Positions 10,486 to 20,611 are shown, counted from the first letter of the stretch. The stretch: 64,000 nt of DNA from an uncultured bacterium (GCA_903831305.1 CAIKXE010000005.1:11288-75287); one strand, 5' to 3'. Numbers and translations are program-made. The notes: generated from the sequence alone by a model not told the origin.

Positions 10486-11079
10486 CTAGGGTTTTTGGAA
10501 GGTTACCGGGTATTTCTCAAACTCAGGCAGTAAATTTATATTATAGAGGAGCCGAGACAGGGCCTCAGCAGAAATTTTGGCCCCGTTTAAGGCATTGTGA
10601 GGGTGTATCTCAGCCGGAATCCCCACATACTGCATTATTTTATCACTATTCAAATCCGAATGATTATGAATAACTGGTGGCGTAACTCCCCTACTAATCA
10701 TATGCGCAAAGCAGACAGAATGTTGATCAATGGTTCTAAAAGCAAACGGCCACTCCAGATGATAACGATCAGCCGCCCGGTGCAGGAAATCCCGATCAAA
10801 GGAGGGGTTCTGCCCAGCAAAAGTCTGATCCGCACATTCCTTGGCCCAGGTAATAAAGTGTTTTAAGAGCTCTTCATCAGTTTGTTTATTAGCGTCAGTA
10901 GCCTGTTCACGGGTAAAACCATTGATCGCCAGGGCTTCATCGTCAATATGTGCCTCCGGGAAGGCCCGGCACTCCTCATAAAACTGCCTACTTGGATTTG
11001 CAAAATCTACCGCCCCCAAAGAGAGGATAGAGTGCTTTACTTCATCCACCCCACTCGCTTCAATATCAATTATTATCAT
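10486..11079 (-). CDS. DEDDh 3'-5' exonuclease
   Basis: IIIDIEASG, QNPSFDRDFL, HNALNGA. Start at the ATG 6 nt after TGtTATAAT. Confidence 0.85.
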   Translation of the reverse strand: MIIIDIEASGVDEVKHSILSLGAVDFANPSRQFYEECRAFPEAHIDDEALAINGFTREQATDANKQTDEELLKHFITWAKECADQTFAGQNPSFDRDFLHRAADRYHLEWPFAFRTIDQHSVCFAHMISRGVTPPVIHNHSDLNSDKIMQYVGIPAEIHPHNALNGAKISAEALSRLLYNINLLPEFEKYPVTFQKP

Positions 11080-11104
11080 ACTTACATTATAACACACTTT
11101 CCCC

Positions 11105-11133
11105 TTGCTATATTTATCTATTAGTGCTAGTAT
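11105..11133 (+). promoter_or_regulatory. sigma70-type promoter with no downstream ORF
   Basis: TTGCTA-17-TAGTAT with extended TG. Confidence 0.6.
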
Positions 11134-11139
11134 CTAGAA

Positions 11140-11328
11140 AGATTGTTCTTTTAGATTTCGCGCTTAATTGCGCTTGATATTAGCACTCCGTGCACAGGGG
11201 CCTCTCTCCCTCCTCTCTTCCCTCCCACTCACCCTTGCACGGGGTGCCCTCAATCACCGAGTCATCATGACTCGATAATGTACGCCGCCGCCGCTTTCCA
11301 ACCTTGGACAGCGGCGGTTCTTTCTTTA
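11140..11328 (+). ncRNA. candidate structured small RNA
   Basis: Promoter, three GC-rich hairpins, the last followed by TTCTTTCTTT; no ORF on either strand. Confidence 0.5.
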
Positions 11329-11334
11329 AAAAAA

Positions 11335-11850
11335 TTACTTCAACCCAAGACAATTAGTGGCGGCTGTATAACCTGCCCTCTGTGCCTCCTCGTAAGAATC
11401 AAACCAGACTTTATTTTTCTCTGCTATCTGTGACGCCCCCGCACACCAAGGAAAATGATATTTCTTGCCACCTTTAGAAGACACTAAAAATCCCAGAGCT
11501 TTCTCCGTGGCCACCATAGCGCTCGCTGATACTGGCACGGCCACCTTATCAGCCACCTGAACTGAACTGGTAGTGGTTGTGGCGGTGGGTATAACCCAGC
11601 TAGCTTTCTGTATGTCCACCGTTCCTCGGCTTTTCTCTAATACAGATATTTTACCCAAGCCAAAACCGGCCAAACCCACCAAAATTATTACTGAAACTAT
11701 AAAAATGTCTTCTCGAGGGTTTAGATTACTATGTAATAATGATAAGTGTGGTCCCACCCATCTTTTCCAATAAGTCTTGACCCAGGAGTAGACTTTCCTC
11801 CAAAAATTCACTACGGGGTTGATTTTTTTGGTAACATCCTGTATACTCAT
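11335..11850 (-). CDS. membrane protein with C-terminal Ada-like metal-binding domain
   Basis: TM helix, then SSKGGKKYHFPWC...F.SYEEAQRAGY.AATNC. Confidence 0.8.
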   Translation of the reverse strand: MSIQDVTKKINPVVNFWRKVYSWVKTYWKRWVGPHLSLLHSNLNPREDIFIVSVIILVGLAGFGLGKISVLEKSRGTVDIQKASWVIPTATTTTSSVQVADKVAVPVSASAMVATEKALGFLVSSKGGKKYHFPWCAGASQIAEKNKVWFDSYEEAQRAGYTAATNCLGLK

Positions 11851-11891
11851 GGGACAAATTATAACAGAGTTTTAATATTAATTAAACAGCC

Positions 11892-12164
11892 ATGGCACAT
11901 AAAAAAGCAGCCGGTACAACAAAAAATGGTAGAGATTCCAATCCTAGATTCCTAGGAGTCAAACTTGGTGATGGTGATACCGCCCAAGCTGGTTCTATTA
12001 TTGTCAGACAAAAAGGCGTAAATATCATGCCTGGACGCAATACCAAGATGGGTAAAGACTATACTGTCTACGCGGTCAAAGCGGGAAAGGTTAAATTTGC
12101 TTCTAAACGCAAAATGTCTTTTGATTCTAAAATGGAGAAAAAAGGGATTGTCTCAATAATTTAA
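11892..12164 (+). CDS. rpmA: 50S ribosomal protein L27
   Basis: MAHKKAAGTTKNGRDS..LGVK. Confidence 0.97.
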   Translation: MAHKKAAGTTKNGRDSNPRFLGVKLGDGDTAQAGSIIVRQKGVNIMPGRNTKMGKDYTVYAVKAGKVKFASKRKMSFDSKMEKKGIVSII

Positions 12165-12165
12165 T

Positions 12166-12239
12166 CAAAAAGCCTCCAGAATATACTCGGAGTGATTAGG
12201 TATTCCGTTAAACGGAGAGTATGTTGTGGAGGCTTTTTG
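12166..12239. terminator. branched hairpin / bidirectional terminator between rpmA and rplI
   Basis: caaaaagcctcca...tggaggctttttg arms enclosing atatactc/gagtatgt and small inner hairpins. Confidence 0.65.
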
Positions 12240-12249
12240 TTTTCCTATC

Positions 12250-12693
12250 TTACTCCGCCTTGATCACTAATTTAAAGGTCGTCTCTCGGCCATTAACCGT
12301 TACTTTAATAGTATGCTCGCCAACCTCTTTAAGAGGTTTTTCTAGACCCAAATGCTCTGGTGGCAAATTCACGCCTTTTTGTTTTCTTACTGCCTCTATT
12401 ATTTCCTCCTTATGAATACCAGCAAACAAGTGACCCTTATCATTTACCTTACCAGTCATTATTATACTAATACCCTGAATTTCATTTAGGGCCTTCTGTA
12501 ATTCGGCTTCGGTTTTAACCGTCTGAAACACATCACTCTTTTTCTTAATATCAATCATATTGATATTCCCTGGTGTCGCCACTAGTGCCAGGCCATTGGG
12601 GATGAGCATATTTAAGGCATGACCATCAGCCACCTCCTTTACCTCATACTTCTTACCTAGCTTCTTTACATCTTTTAATAATATTATTTTCAT
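12250..12693 (-). CDS. rplI: 50S ribosomal protein L9
   Basis: MKIILLKDVKKLGKK..V.DGHALNMLIP; GHLFAGI. Confidence 0.96.
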   Translation of the reverse strand: MKIILLKDVKKLGKKYEVKEVADGHALNMLIPNGLALVATPGNINMIDIKKKSDVFQTVKTEAELQKALNEIQGISIIMTGKVNDKGHLFAGIHKEEIIEAVRKQKGVNLPPEHLGLEKPLKEVGEHTIKVTVNGRETTFKLVIKAE

Positions 12694-12765
12694 CCGCTAA
12701 ATATAACTTAAAAATCGAGTAATGCCTACCTTGACCCACACATAAATATTCGGTTGAGTTTGTTA

Positions 12766-14004
12766 CTATTTCAATATCTCAATTGCTTTATCCAGTTGAG
12801 GATCCTTCTCCGCCTTGATATCCGCGTCAGTGATTTTCACCAGGTAATCTGGAGTCAGACCTCCTTCCGAAATACTTTTACCGTTTGGTGTCAGCCACTT
12901 GGCAATGGTTACTTTGAGTGAGGTGTCACCGGATATAGATAGTAGTTCCTGAACAGATCCTTTGCCATACGTTTTTGTCCCTACCAGTTTAGCAATACCG
13001 TGTTCCTGTAGTGCCCCCGCTAAAATTTCAGAAGCGGAAGCCGAACCAGCATCAACCAAAACCGCCATTTTTAATTTATCATTAAATACTTTATAACCCT
13101 TACTACGATACACTGTTCCCTCCCGACCATCGCCAAATTCCTCACGTACCACCGTCTTGCCAAGGGGAAGAAACCAGCTAGCCATATCCACTGCCGCATT
13201 CAGATACCCACCAGGATTCCCGCGTAAATCAAGGATTAATTTAGACTTTTTAGAATTAATAAATTCCTTCAGGGCGGCATTAAACTGTGGCTGTGCCTGC
13301 GCATAAAAATTGTAAAGACTGATCACAAACACATCCCCCTTAATCTCAGTTTTAACTGTCGGAATATCAATCACTGCCCGCACAATCTCAATGGTCAGTG
13401 GTTTGGTATTGCCCTCTCGTAAAACGGTCAACTTTACAGTTGTTCCTTTTGGTCCCCGAATCAGCTTTACGGCTTTTTCAGTCGGTAGATCTATCGCCGC
13501 CTCACCATTGATTGTTATTATTTTATCTCCTGCCTTGACGCCAGCCTTCTCGGCGGGTGAACCCTTTAAAGGAGAAACGACTGACAAAACACCGTCCTTG
13601 ATCCCTATTTCCATCCCCACACCTTCAAAGTTTCCACTGATATTTGTCGCAAAATCCTTGGTATCAGACGGTGGCATAAAAACAGTATATGGATCACCAA
13701 GAGAATTAGTCATGCCCTGTATCGCCCCCCAGATCCGGTCTTGGCTAGTAGTAGTACTTACTTTATTTTTTGTCGCCACATATTTATCATCCAAGATATT
13801 CCATACTTGCCAAAAGGGATCCATGTCTATCGGCCCCTCAGTCGTGGAGGCCTCGTTATTATTTAAAATAAGCTGACCAGGAATCAGACCCGAGCGAGTA
13901 GCCACTGACTGTTCCCGACCAAAAGAGATACCCAGTACAAAAGCCAGACCCATAAATAAAACAAAGATTAAAACTACTTTATATTTTTTAAAATTGCTTG
14001 TCAT
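12766..14004 (-). CDS. ctpA: S41 carboxy-terminal processing protease
   Basis: PDZ domain, LDLRGNPGG, SASASEI, YGKGSVQ. Confidence 0.92.
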   Translation of the reverse strand: MTSNFKKYKVVLIFVLFMGLAFVLGISFGREQSVATRSGLIPGQLILNNNEASTTEGPIDMDPFWQVWNILDDKYVATKNKVSTTTSQDRIWGAIQGMTNSLGDPYTVFMPPSDTKDFATNISGNFEGVGMEIGIKDGVLSVVSPLKGSPAEKAGVKAGDKIITINGEAAIDLPTEKAVKLIRGPKGTTVKLTVLREGNTKPLTIEIVRAVIDIPTVKTEIKGDVFVISLYNFYAQAQPQFNAALKEFINSKKSKLILDLRGNPGGYLNAAVDMASWFLPLGKTVVREEFGDGREGTVYRSKGYKVFNDKLKMAVLVDAGSASASEILAGALQEHGIAKLVGTKTYGKGSVQELLSISGDTSLKVTIAKWLTPNGKSISEGGLTPDYLVKITDADIKAEKDPQLDKAIEILK

Positions 14005-14049
14005 TGGTCTATTATAGTATAGAAAATAGTATTATGCTATAATTTGAGC

Positions 14050-14964
14050 ATGATAAAAAAACAAAACTATAAAACAGTGACGTGGGTAGATTCTGAAATC
14101 CCCACCAAGGACGAGGCTCGTGAGCTGATGACTGAATATAATCTCAGTCCAGAAGTAGCCCAGGACATATTACTCCCGACCTTCAAGGACAAGATCGTTA
14201 CCTATGATGACTATATTTATTTAGTCTTGCACTTCCCAGCTTTCAAACATACCCACAGTAAGAGCCACCGCCAGGAGATAGACTTTGTTCTTAGTAAAAA
14301 GTTTATCATCACAAACCGTTATGAAAGCATAGATTCTATGGAAAAGTATGCCAAGATCTTTGAGGTGAACTCTATCCTTGATAAAAGTAAGTCGGAAACT
14401 GGTCCCGGGGAGATCTTCCTAGCTATGATCCGCACTATTTACCAATCCTTATCAGACGAGCTTGATTCTATAAATTATTTACTACGTGAAGCGGAGAAAA
14501 ATATCTTTGCCGGCAAGGAAAAGGCTATGGTTTTTGAGCTGTCTCGGATTGGGCGAGAGATTATTAATTTTAATCACATTATTAATCCCCACGGAGATAT
14601 CCTAGAAACACTCAAGCAAGAATCTAAACACTTCTTTAATAAAGAATTCACTATTGAGCTCGAAACAGTGATAAACGAATATTACAAAATCTCTAAAATT
14701 TTAGAACATGTAAATGAGATCCTGCGTGAGCTCCGCGAAACCAATAATTCCCTACTCTCCACCAAGCAAAATGAAATTATGAAAACTTTAACCGTTTTTA
14801 CTTTTTTTGCTTTACCGTTTTCTATTATTACGGGTTTCTTTCAAATGAATACCAAGTTTACCCCTTTTGTAAACACCACCAATGACTGGTACTTTATCGT
14901 TGGCGTGGAGTTTATTGTGATGCTCATTGTCTTTACCATTGCCAAAAAGAAAAAGTGGTTTTAA
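14050..14964 (+). CDS. CorA family divalent cation transporter
   Basis: NEIMKTLT and GFFQMN (GMN variant) before two C-terminal TM helices. ATG 6 nt after TGcTATAAT. Confidence 0.88.
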   Translation: MIKKQNYKTVTWVDSEIPTKDEARELMTEYNLSPEVAQDILLPTFKDKIVTYDDYIYLVLHFPAFKHTHSKSHRQEIDFVLSKKFIITNRYESIDSMEKYAKIFEVNSILDKSKSETGPGEIFLAMIRTIYQSLSDELDSINYLLREAEKNIFAGKEKAMVFELSRIGREIINFNHIINPHGDILETLKQESKHFFNKEFTIELETVINEYYKISKILEHVNEILRELRETNNSLLSTKQNEIMKTLTVFTFFALPFSIITGFFQMNTKFTPFVNTTNDWYFIVGVEFIVMLIVFTIAKKKKWF

Positions 14965-14975
14965 TCCTGTATCCC

Positions 14976-16358
14976 ATGCAACTATACAACACCCTCACTC
15001 GCAAAAAAGAAGACTTTAAGCCAATAAAGGAGGGCTCAGTGGGTTTGTATACCTGTGGACCAACTGTCTATGGCTATCCACATTTAGGTAATATGCGTAC
15101 CTACATTTTTGAGGACCTCTTAAAACGTGTTTTGACTTACAATAACTATGAGGTGAATCATGTGATGAATATTACTGACGTCGGGCACCTCACCGGTGAC
15201 CGGGATATGGGAGTGGACAAGGTAGAAAGAGAATCCGCAAAAACCGGCCAAACTGCCTGGGAGATCGCGGATTTTTATACCACAGCGTTTAAAGAAGATT
15301 TAAAAAGCCTAAATATTATTTTTCCCAATACTTTTTGTAAAGCTACGGACAATATCCCCGAGCAGATAGCCATGATACAGACTCTGGAGGAAAAAGGCTT
15401 TACTTATAAAATCACTGATGGTATTTATTTTGATACCGCCAAGGTAGCTGACTATAACAAGCTTTCCCATCAGAAAATCGAAGATTTGCGTGAAGGGGCC
15501 CGCGTGGAGATAAATGCCGAGAAAAAGAACCCCACCGACTTTGCTTTATGGAAATTATCCCCCACCGGAGCCAAGAGACAGATGGAATGGGAAAGCCCTT
15601 GGGGCGTGGGTTTCCCTGGCTGGCATATTGAGTGCTCGGCCATGAGTGTAAAATACTTGGGTGAGCAGTTTGATATTCACTGTGGTGGAGTAGACCATAT
15701 TGATATTCATCATACCAATGAGCTGGCCCAGACCGAGTCCGCCACCAGTAAAAAGCCTTGGGTAAATTATTGGCTACACAGTGCTTTCTTAAATGGTATT
15801 GGAGGCAAAAAAATGGCCAAGAGTAGCGGGGACTTTATTACGGTGACTAATACTTTCACTGAAAAAGGTATTAGTCCCCTAGTCTATCGGTTTGCTAATC
15901 TCTCCGTTCACTATCGTAAGCCCATGGAGTGGAGCGAGGAGGCATTAATATCTGCTAAAAATGGTTATGAAAACCTGTTAGTCAAGATTTCTAAACTAGG
16001 ACAAAAAACCGGTAAGCTGAGTTTAGAATATAAAGATAAATTTCTAGCCGATATCAATGATGATTTAAATATGTCTAAAGCGCTGGCGACCGTCCAGGAA
16101 TTATTAAAATCAGATTTGTCTGATGAAGATAAATTGGCTACTGTTTTAGATTTTGATAAGGTCTTAGGGCTTAATTTACGATTAGAGACAAAAGCTGATA
16201 TTGAAATCCCGGAGGCCGTTATAGAGATATTAAAAAAACGAGAAACAGCAAGGCAGAATAAAGATTGGAAAAGTTCTGATGAATTACGAGATGAAATTTT
16301 AAAACTAGGTTATCAGGTGACCGATGCTGACGCCGGGCAGGAAATTAAATTAATATAA
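14976..16358 (+). CDS. cysS: cysteine--tRNA ligase
   Basis: CGPTVY..HLGN, DFALWK, PGWHIECSAM, KMAKS. Confidence 0.97.
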   Translation: MQLYNTLTRKKEDFKPIKEGSVGLYTCGPTVYGYPHLGNMRTYIFEDLLKRVLTYNNYEVNHVMNITDVGHLTGDRDMGVDKVERESAKTGQTAWEIADFYTTAFKEDLKSLNIIFPNTFCKATDNIPEQIAMIQTLEEKGFTYKITDGIYFDTAKVADYNKLSHQKIEDLREGARVEINAEKKNPTDFALWKLSPTGAKRQMEWESPWGVGFPGWHIECSAMSVKYLGEQFDIHCGGVDHIDIHHTNELAQTESATSKKPWVNYWLHSAFLNGIGGKKMAKSSGDFITVTNTFTEKGISPLVYRFANLSVHYRKPMEWSEEALISAKNGYENLLVKISKLGQKTGKLSLEYKDKFLADINDDLNMSKALATVQELLKSDLSDEDKLATVLDFDKVLGLNLRLETKADIEIPEAVIEILKKRETARQNKDWKSSDELRDEILKLGYQVTDADAGQEIKLI

Positions 16359-16364
16359 ACAGTG

Positions 16365-16398
16365 AACCGCCAAGCCCCGAAGAGCTTGGCGGTGGTTT
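16365..16398. terminator. GC-rich terminator hairpin
   Basis: accgccaagc-cccgaaga-gcttggcggt. Confidence 0.7.
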
Positions 16399-16401
16399 GT
16401 A

Positions 16402-16752
16402 TTAGGCGTCCCAGAGAAGCTTTCCATACGCCTGGATGGTGCCGTTTCGGCTCTCATGTGGAGGCACGCTCACACTGACCCGTTTCTCCGGGCAGAGGCT
16501 CTTAACGACAGCCTGAAGACCGGTAAAGAAAGCGGTTGACCGCAAACGGTAGGTGTTACTCTCTACAGAAATTAACCTGTGCCAGGTGGCAGAGGTGGCG
16601 TCAGCCATGGTCTCGCAGACCAGACTGAGTTTTACGCCCGGCGGAATTATGATCTTTCTGTTCCTCATGGTTGCCCTTAGGGTGCAAAAGAACTCCTGGG
16701 CCCCCTGATAGTCCTCGTCCTCGTAGACACTGACGATCACTTTTACTTCCAT
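16402..16752 (-). CDS. hypothetical GC-rich protein (~116 aa)
   Basis: Likely start MEVKV after SD-like GGAGAGG; own promoter TTTACT-17-TATGCT at 16812-16840. The longer track ORF overlaps the helicase. Confidence 0.6.
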   Translation of the reverse strand: MEVKVIVSVYEDEDYQGAQEFFCTLRATMRNRKIIIPPGVKLSLVCETMADATSATWHRLISVESNTYRLRSTAFFTGLQAVVKSLCPEKRVSVSVPPHESRNGTIQAYGKLLWDA

Positions 16753-16876
16753 CTTCTTTTCCTCTCCGCTCATTATGAGCACTGGTTGTTTGTGTACAAA
16801 ATCTGTAAAAAAGCATATCATACTTATATAAATAAGTAAAGGATTATAAAAAAACCAAGGAGAATCCTCGGTCTTT

Positions 16877-18214
16877 TTATCTATTCCCCTCAATAAAAGT
16901 GAGTGCCTTACCTTTCTTGTCACCTCGGCCGGTTCGGCCAATGCGGTGCACGTAGTCATCATAGGTAGCAGGTACGTCATAGTTGATCACATGTGATACG
17001 TCCGGAATATCCAGTCCTCTAGCCGCTACGTCCGTAGCCACTAAGATAGCCAATGAGTTATTTTTAAATGCGCCAAGTGCCCTTTGTCTCTTAGAATGTG
17101 GTTTGTTGCCGTGAATAGAGTCAGCTTTAAAACCTTTTTCAATTAGTTTTTTAGATAATTTTTCTACGCCATGTTTGGTTCGGCCAAAGATCAGCACCTT
17201 ATAAAATTCAGCCTGCTTTAATAGCCCCTCAAGGGTCGCCATCTTATCACCAGTTACACGGACAATATCCTGGTCCACATTTTTGGAAGTATCACCCGTG
17301 CGGACGGAGACGATAATTGGTTCATGTAAAAAGGTTTTGATTAAAACCTCAATTTCCTTAGACATAGTAGCGGAGAAAAATAAAGTATGGCGTTTGGCTG
17401 GCATCTTGGCCATCAGATATTTCATATCAGCAATAAAGCCCATATCCAGCATTCTATCCGCCTCATCGAGGACAATAGTGCCAAATTTATTTAAATCAAT
17501 AAACTTCCGGTTCACTAGATCTTTGAGCCGGCCCGGTGTTCCAATTATAAAATTATTATTTCTTTGTCTTAATTCGGCAATCTGTCCGCTGATAGAGGCC
17601 CCACCCACACAGCAAGCAGAAAAGATGCCTAGATTAGTAACGAAGCTTCTTAGCTCCTGATTGATCTGTACCGCCAGCTCCCTGGTAGGGACCATAATCA
17701 GCACTCGTTCAAATTTATTTAAAATAACTTTCTGAATTAAGGGTACTAGAAAGGCTCCTGTTTTACCCGTACCGGTATTAGCAATACCAACTACGTCCTT
17801 ACCTAAAAGTATTTGGGGAATGGTCTTGTCTTGAATCAAAGTAGGAGTGACATAGCCCTTGGTGATAATATTTTGCTTTAAGCGCTGATCAATAATAAAC
17901 TCAGAAAATTTATTATCTGGCACATAGGCTACCTCAGCTTCCAAAGGAGTGGCTTTATTTATGAATTTAGAAAAATGGATGTTTTGGCTAAAAGCGGCTC
18001 CCCGGCCACCACCACTTGGCCTGCCCCCAAAGGAAGGCTTACCACCACCAAACTTAGGTCTATTTGCGCCAAAAGACGGCCTATTTGAGCGAAATGGTCC
18101 TTTAGTGCTTCTGTATGGCTTGCTACCCTGATATCCGCTTGTAGGCCTTTTTGGGGCGTTATTGCTACTATGAGATGCCGAAGTAGAATTTGATCTGTGA
18201 CTATTTGTATTCAT
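16877..18214 (-). CDS. DEAD-box RNA helicase
   Basis: TGTGKT, PTRELA, DEAD, SAT, ARGLD, HRIGRTGR. Confidence 0.96.
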   Translation of the reverse strand: MNTNSHRSNSTSASHSSNNAPKRPTSGYQGSKPYRSTKGPFRSNRPSFGANRPKFGGGKPSFGGRPSGGGRGAAFSQNIHFSKFINKATPLEAEVAYVPDNKFSEFIIDQRLKQNIITKGYVTPTLIQDKTIPQILLGKDVVGIANTGTGKTGAFLVPLIQKVILNKFERVLIMVPTRELAVQINQELRSFVTNLGIFSACCVGGASISGQIAELRQRNNNFIIGTPGRLKDLVNRKFIDLNKFGTIVLDEADRMLDMGFIADMKYLMAKMPAKRHTLFFSATMSKEIEVLIKTFLHEPIIVSVRTGDTSKNVDQDIVRVTGDKMATLEGLLKQAEFYKVLIFGRTKHGVEKLSKKLIEKGFKADSIHGNKPHSKRQRALGAFKNNSLAILVATDVAARGLDIPDVSHVINYDVPATYDDYVHRIGRTGRGDKKGKALTFIEGNR

Positions 18215-18262
18215 AAACTTGAGCCATTACAATATCATAGTATGTCTATGTTTGTCAATGTT

Positions 18263-19483
18263 TTATAAATAAATTCTTTTAATTAGTGGATTGAGGCGAG
18301 TGATAAATTCATAGGCACTACCGGAGAGTAAGCCGGCCACATCATCCACCGTTATTACTTCTTCACCATCTTGGCCAATGATTGTCACCTCATCACCCAC
18401 TTTTACTTTTTTAATATCTGTGACGTCCACCATAATTATATCCATACAGATTCGCCCTAGCACTTTTGCTCTTTGACCGTTCACAATGACCTGACCAATA
18501 CCAGATAGAGCGCGAGGAAAACCATGCCAATACCCCACTGGGATGACCGCCACCTTGGAATCCCGCTTGAGCTTTTCCGTAAAGTCATAACCAATCCCTT
18601 CCTCTTTTTTAATATTATTTATTTCACCAATTATCGTTTTCCAACTTAGGGCTGGAAGTAGATTAAAAGGCTGTTTGGATAATGATTTTTGAGTGTCTGG
18701 TTGAGCCCTACCTATGGCGACCCGAGGACCGAAAAAGTCATTATCCGAATTGCCTTTTTGTGCATATTCCCTTGTTTCCGCTGACGGCCAAATACCGTAG
18801 AGCCCAATCCCTACCCGGACCATATCAAAGTGAGCTTCAGGAAAAAGGATTGTCCCAGAAGTAGCACAAGCGTGACAAATGGGTTTAAGCCCGGCCTTCA
18901 TAAATGCCTCGCGCCACACCTTAAATATTTTAATTTGATTTTTAGTCTTCTTGGGAAAGGCTGGATCTTTGGCACTGGCAAAGTGTGTATACAAACCAAC
19001 GACTTCAATTTGTCTTGTCATTCGAATTTGGCTAATCACCTTTTTAATATCCTTCTCCTGAAAGCCGTGCCGGTGCATCCCCGTGTCTACTTTTATATGC
19101 ACTCGCAATTTATTCTTCAATTTCAATTTTCTAATCTCATTAAAATAATCAAAATTGGAAACAGTGATATCCAGATTATTAGTCACCGCCTTTTCAATCA
19201 TCTCTGGTAAGATATAACCCAGAATTAAAATCGGACTTTTTATTCCCTCCCGCCGTAAAGCTATCCCCTCCACCACAGAATCCACCGCCAGATAATCCAC
19301 CTTGAGCTTCTCTAGCTCTTGAGCAAATTCAATCAGATTATGTCCATACGCATTGGACTTGACCACGCCCATCAGCTTTGTTTCAGGAGTTATCAAAGCT
19401 CTAAAAGAGCGGTAGTTATGGGCTATCGCCTTCTTATCTATCTCAATCCAAGTCCGCAGTCCTTTCCGCAGTTCTTTTTTCAT
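18263..19483 (-). CDS. alr: alanine racemase carrying an in-frame repeat insertion
   Basis: VVKSNAYGH, HIKVDTGMHRHG, VRVGIGLYG, GRICMD. Confidence 0.95.
   Translation of the reverse strand: MKKELRKGLRTWIEIDKKAIAHNYRSFRALITPETKLMGVVKSNAYGHNLIEFAQELEKLKVDYLAVDSVVEGIALRREGIKSPILILGYILPEMIEKAVTNNLDITVSNFDYFNEIRKLKLKNKLRVHIKVDTGMHRHGFQEKDIKKVISQIRMTRQIEVVGLYTHFASAKDPAFPKKTKNQIKIFKVWREAFMKAGLKPICHACATSGTILFPEAHFDMVRVGIGLYGIWPSAETREYAQKGNSDNDFFGPRVAIGRAQPDTQKSLSKQPFNLLPALSWKTIIGEINNIKKEEGIGYDFTEKLKRDSKVAVIPVGYWHGFPRALSGIGQVIVNGQRAKVLGRICMDIIMVDVTDIKKVKVGDEVTIIGQDGEEVITVDDVAGLLSGSAYEFITRLNPLIKRIYL
18665..18758. repeat. palindromic element inside alr; core shared with 28653-28702
   Basis: Core is the reverse complement of 28653-28702 at 49/50 positions, flanked by inverted arms. 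Confidence 0.9.
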
Positions 19484-20208
19484 ATATTATAAATCATATC
19501 CTTGCGCTCTACGACCACCTTCCAACCATTTTTCTTAGCATGCGTATACAGCTTTTTATTCGGATTAAAACAGATCGGATTATCCACCATTTTGAGTAGC
19601 ACAATATCACTTTCCGTATCCCCCACTCCCACAGAACCATTAAGGGTGAGCCCTTCTTTTTCTACGGCTCGCAGTAGTACTTGGGACTTGTCAGAAATAA
19701 ATTCTTCAAATAAAGTCACCCCGGTGAATTTGTCATCCGCCCCTACTTCATATATTCGGCCGTAAGTTTTATCAAAACCATATTTCTTACAAAAGTTTTC
19801 TACCAACACCTGCGGTGAATGTGAAATAGCCAAGATAAAATAGTTTTTCTTTTTGAGTTCTTTAATCAGATCCCTGGTGTAAGTGTAAACCTTGTTGTTA
19901 TTCTCACTGATTACCTTTTCCGCAATCCTAGAAAACACTTTGGCATCTAGTCCCTTAATATTTTGCATAAAGGCTCGGACCACCGCCATGATATAGTCCT
20001 CATAACTCCCCTCGCGGTTCGTCCATTTTTCAAAAGCTTTCAGATATATATCTCTAGTATTCTCAGGGAATATTTTCTCTTTAATCAAGACCTCAACTAC
20101 TTCAATTAGTAAACTGGACCTAAAAATCGTCCCATCAATGTCAAACACCGCCACTTTTCTTTTGACACTTTTCCCCTCAGCCGGCTTGTTTTTAGATGTT
20201 TTACTCAT
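19480..20208 (-). CDS. HAD-IB family hydrolase
   Basis: AVFDIDGT, ISHS, VGDTESD, FNP. Confidence 0.9.
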   Translation of the reverse strand: MSKTSKNKPAEGKSVKRKVAVFDIDGTIFRSSLLIEVVEVLIKEKIFPENTRDIYLKAFEKWTNREGSYEDYIMAVVRAFMQNIKGLDAKVFSRIAEKVISENNNKVYTYTRDLIKELKKKNYFILAISHSPQVLVENFCKKYGFDKTYGRIYEVGADDKFTGVTLFEEFISDKSQVLLRAVEKEGLTLNGSVGVGDTESDIVLLKMVDNPICFNPNKKLYTHAKKNGWKVVVERKDMIYNI

Positions 20209-20232
20209 ATGGTAATTATACCACAGCACCCC

Positions 20233-20278
20233 TTATTCTCAATTAACCCATTCGTACGAATGGGTTAATTGAGAATAA
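20233..20278. repeat. perfect 46-bp palindrome, core CCATTCGTACGAATGG
   Basis: ttattctcaattaacccattcgt|acgaatgggttaattgagaataa. Confidence 0.95.
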
Positions 20279-20316
20279 ATTGAGATTATGGATTATGGAG
20301 TAGTGTGGAGTGGGGG

Positions 20317-20577
20317 TTAGGAATTTGAGATGATGAGTTTGGTGATCGGATGAACGGGCTCACTGAGGCTGTAAAACATGGACAGACCAACTTGTTCCCC
20401 ATCCACGATGTCCGAGGATTTTAAAACACCGAGGTGCTTGGAGGTAGATTTGAATGACAATTTAATCTGCTCAGCCAGAATCCCCACTGTGCACTTTTTG
20501 TGTGAGAATAAATATTTTACAATCTCCATCCGCCGGCGGTTAGCCAGGGCCTTCATAAAACGTTCAAATTTCTTCAT
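20317..20577 (-). CDS. ArsR/SmtB family HTH regulator
   Basis: KALANRRRMEIV...TVGILA...STSKHL..L...FYSL. Confidence 0.88.
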   Translation of the reverse strand: MKKFERFMKALANRRRMEIVKYLFSHKKCTVGILAEQIKLSFKSTSKHLGVLKSSDIVDGEQVGLSMFYSLSEPVHPITKLIISNS

Positions 20578-20611
20578 TCCCCTATTATACACCTATATAT
20601 ACAATTATCCT

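Noticed and set aside
16753-16980. Long 192-aa version of the orphan ORF
   Set aside because: Overlaps the helicase 3' end, its terminator and a promoter.
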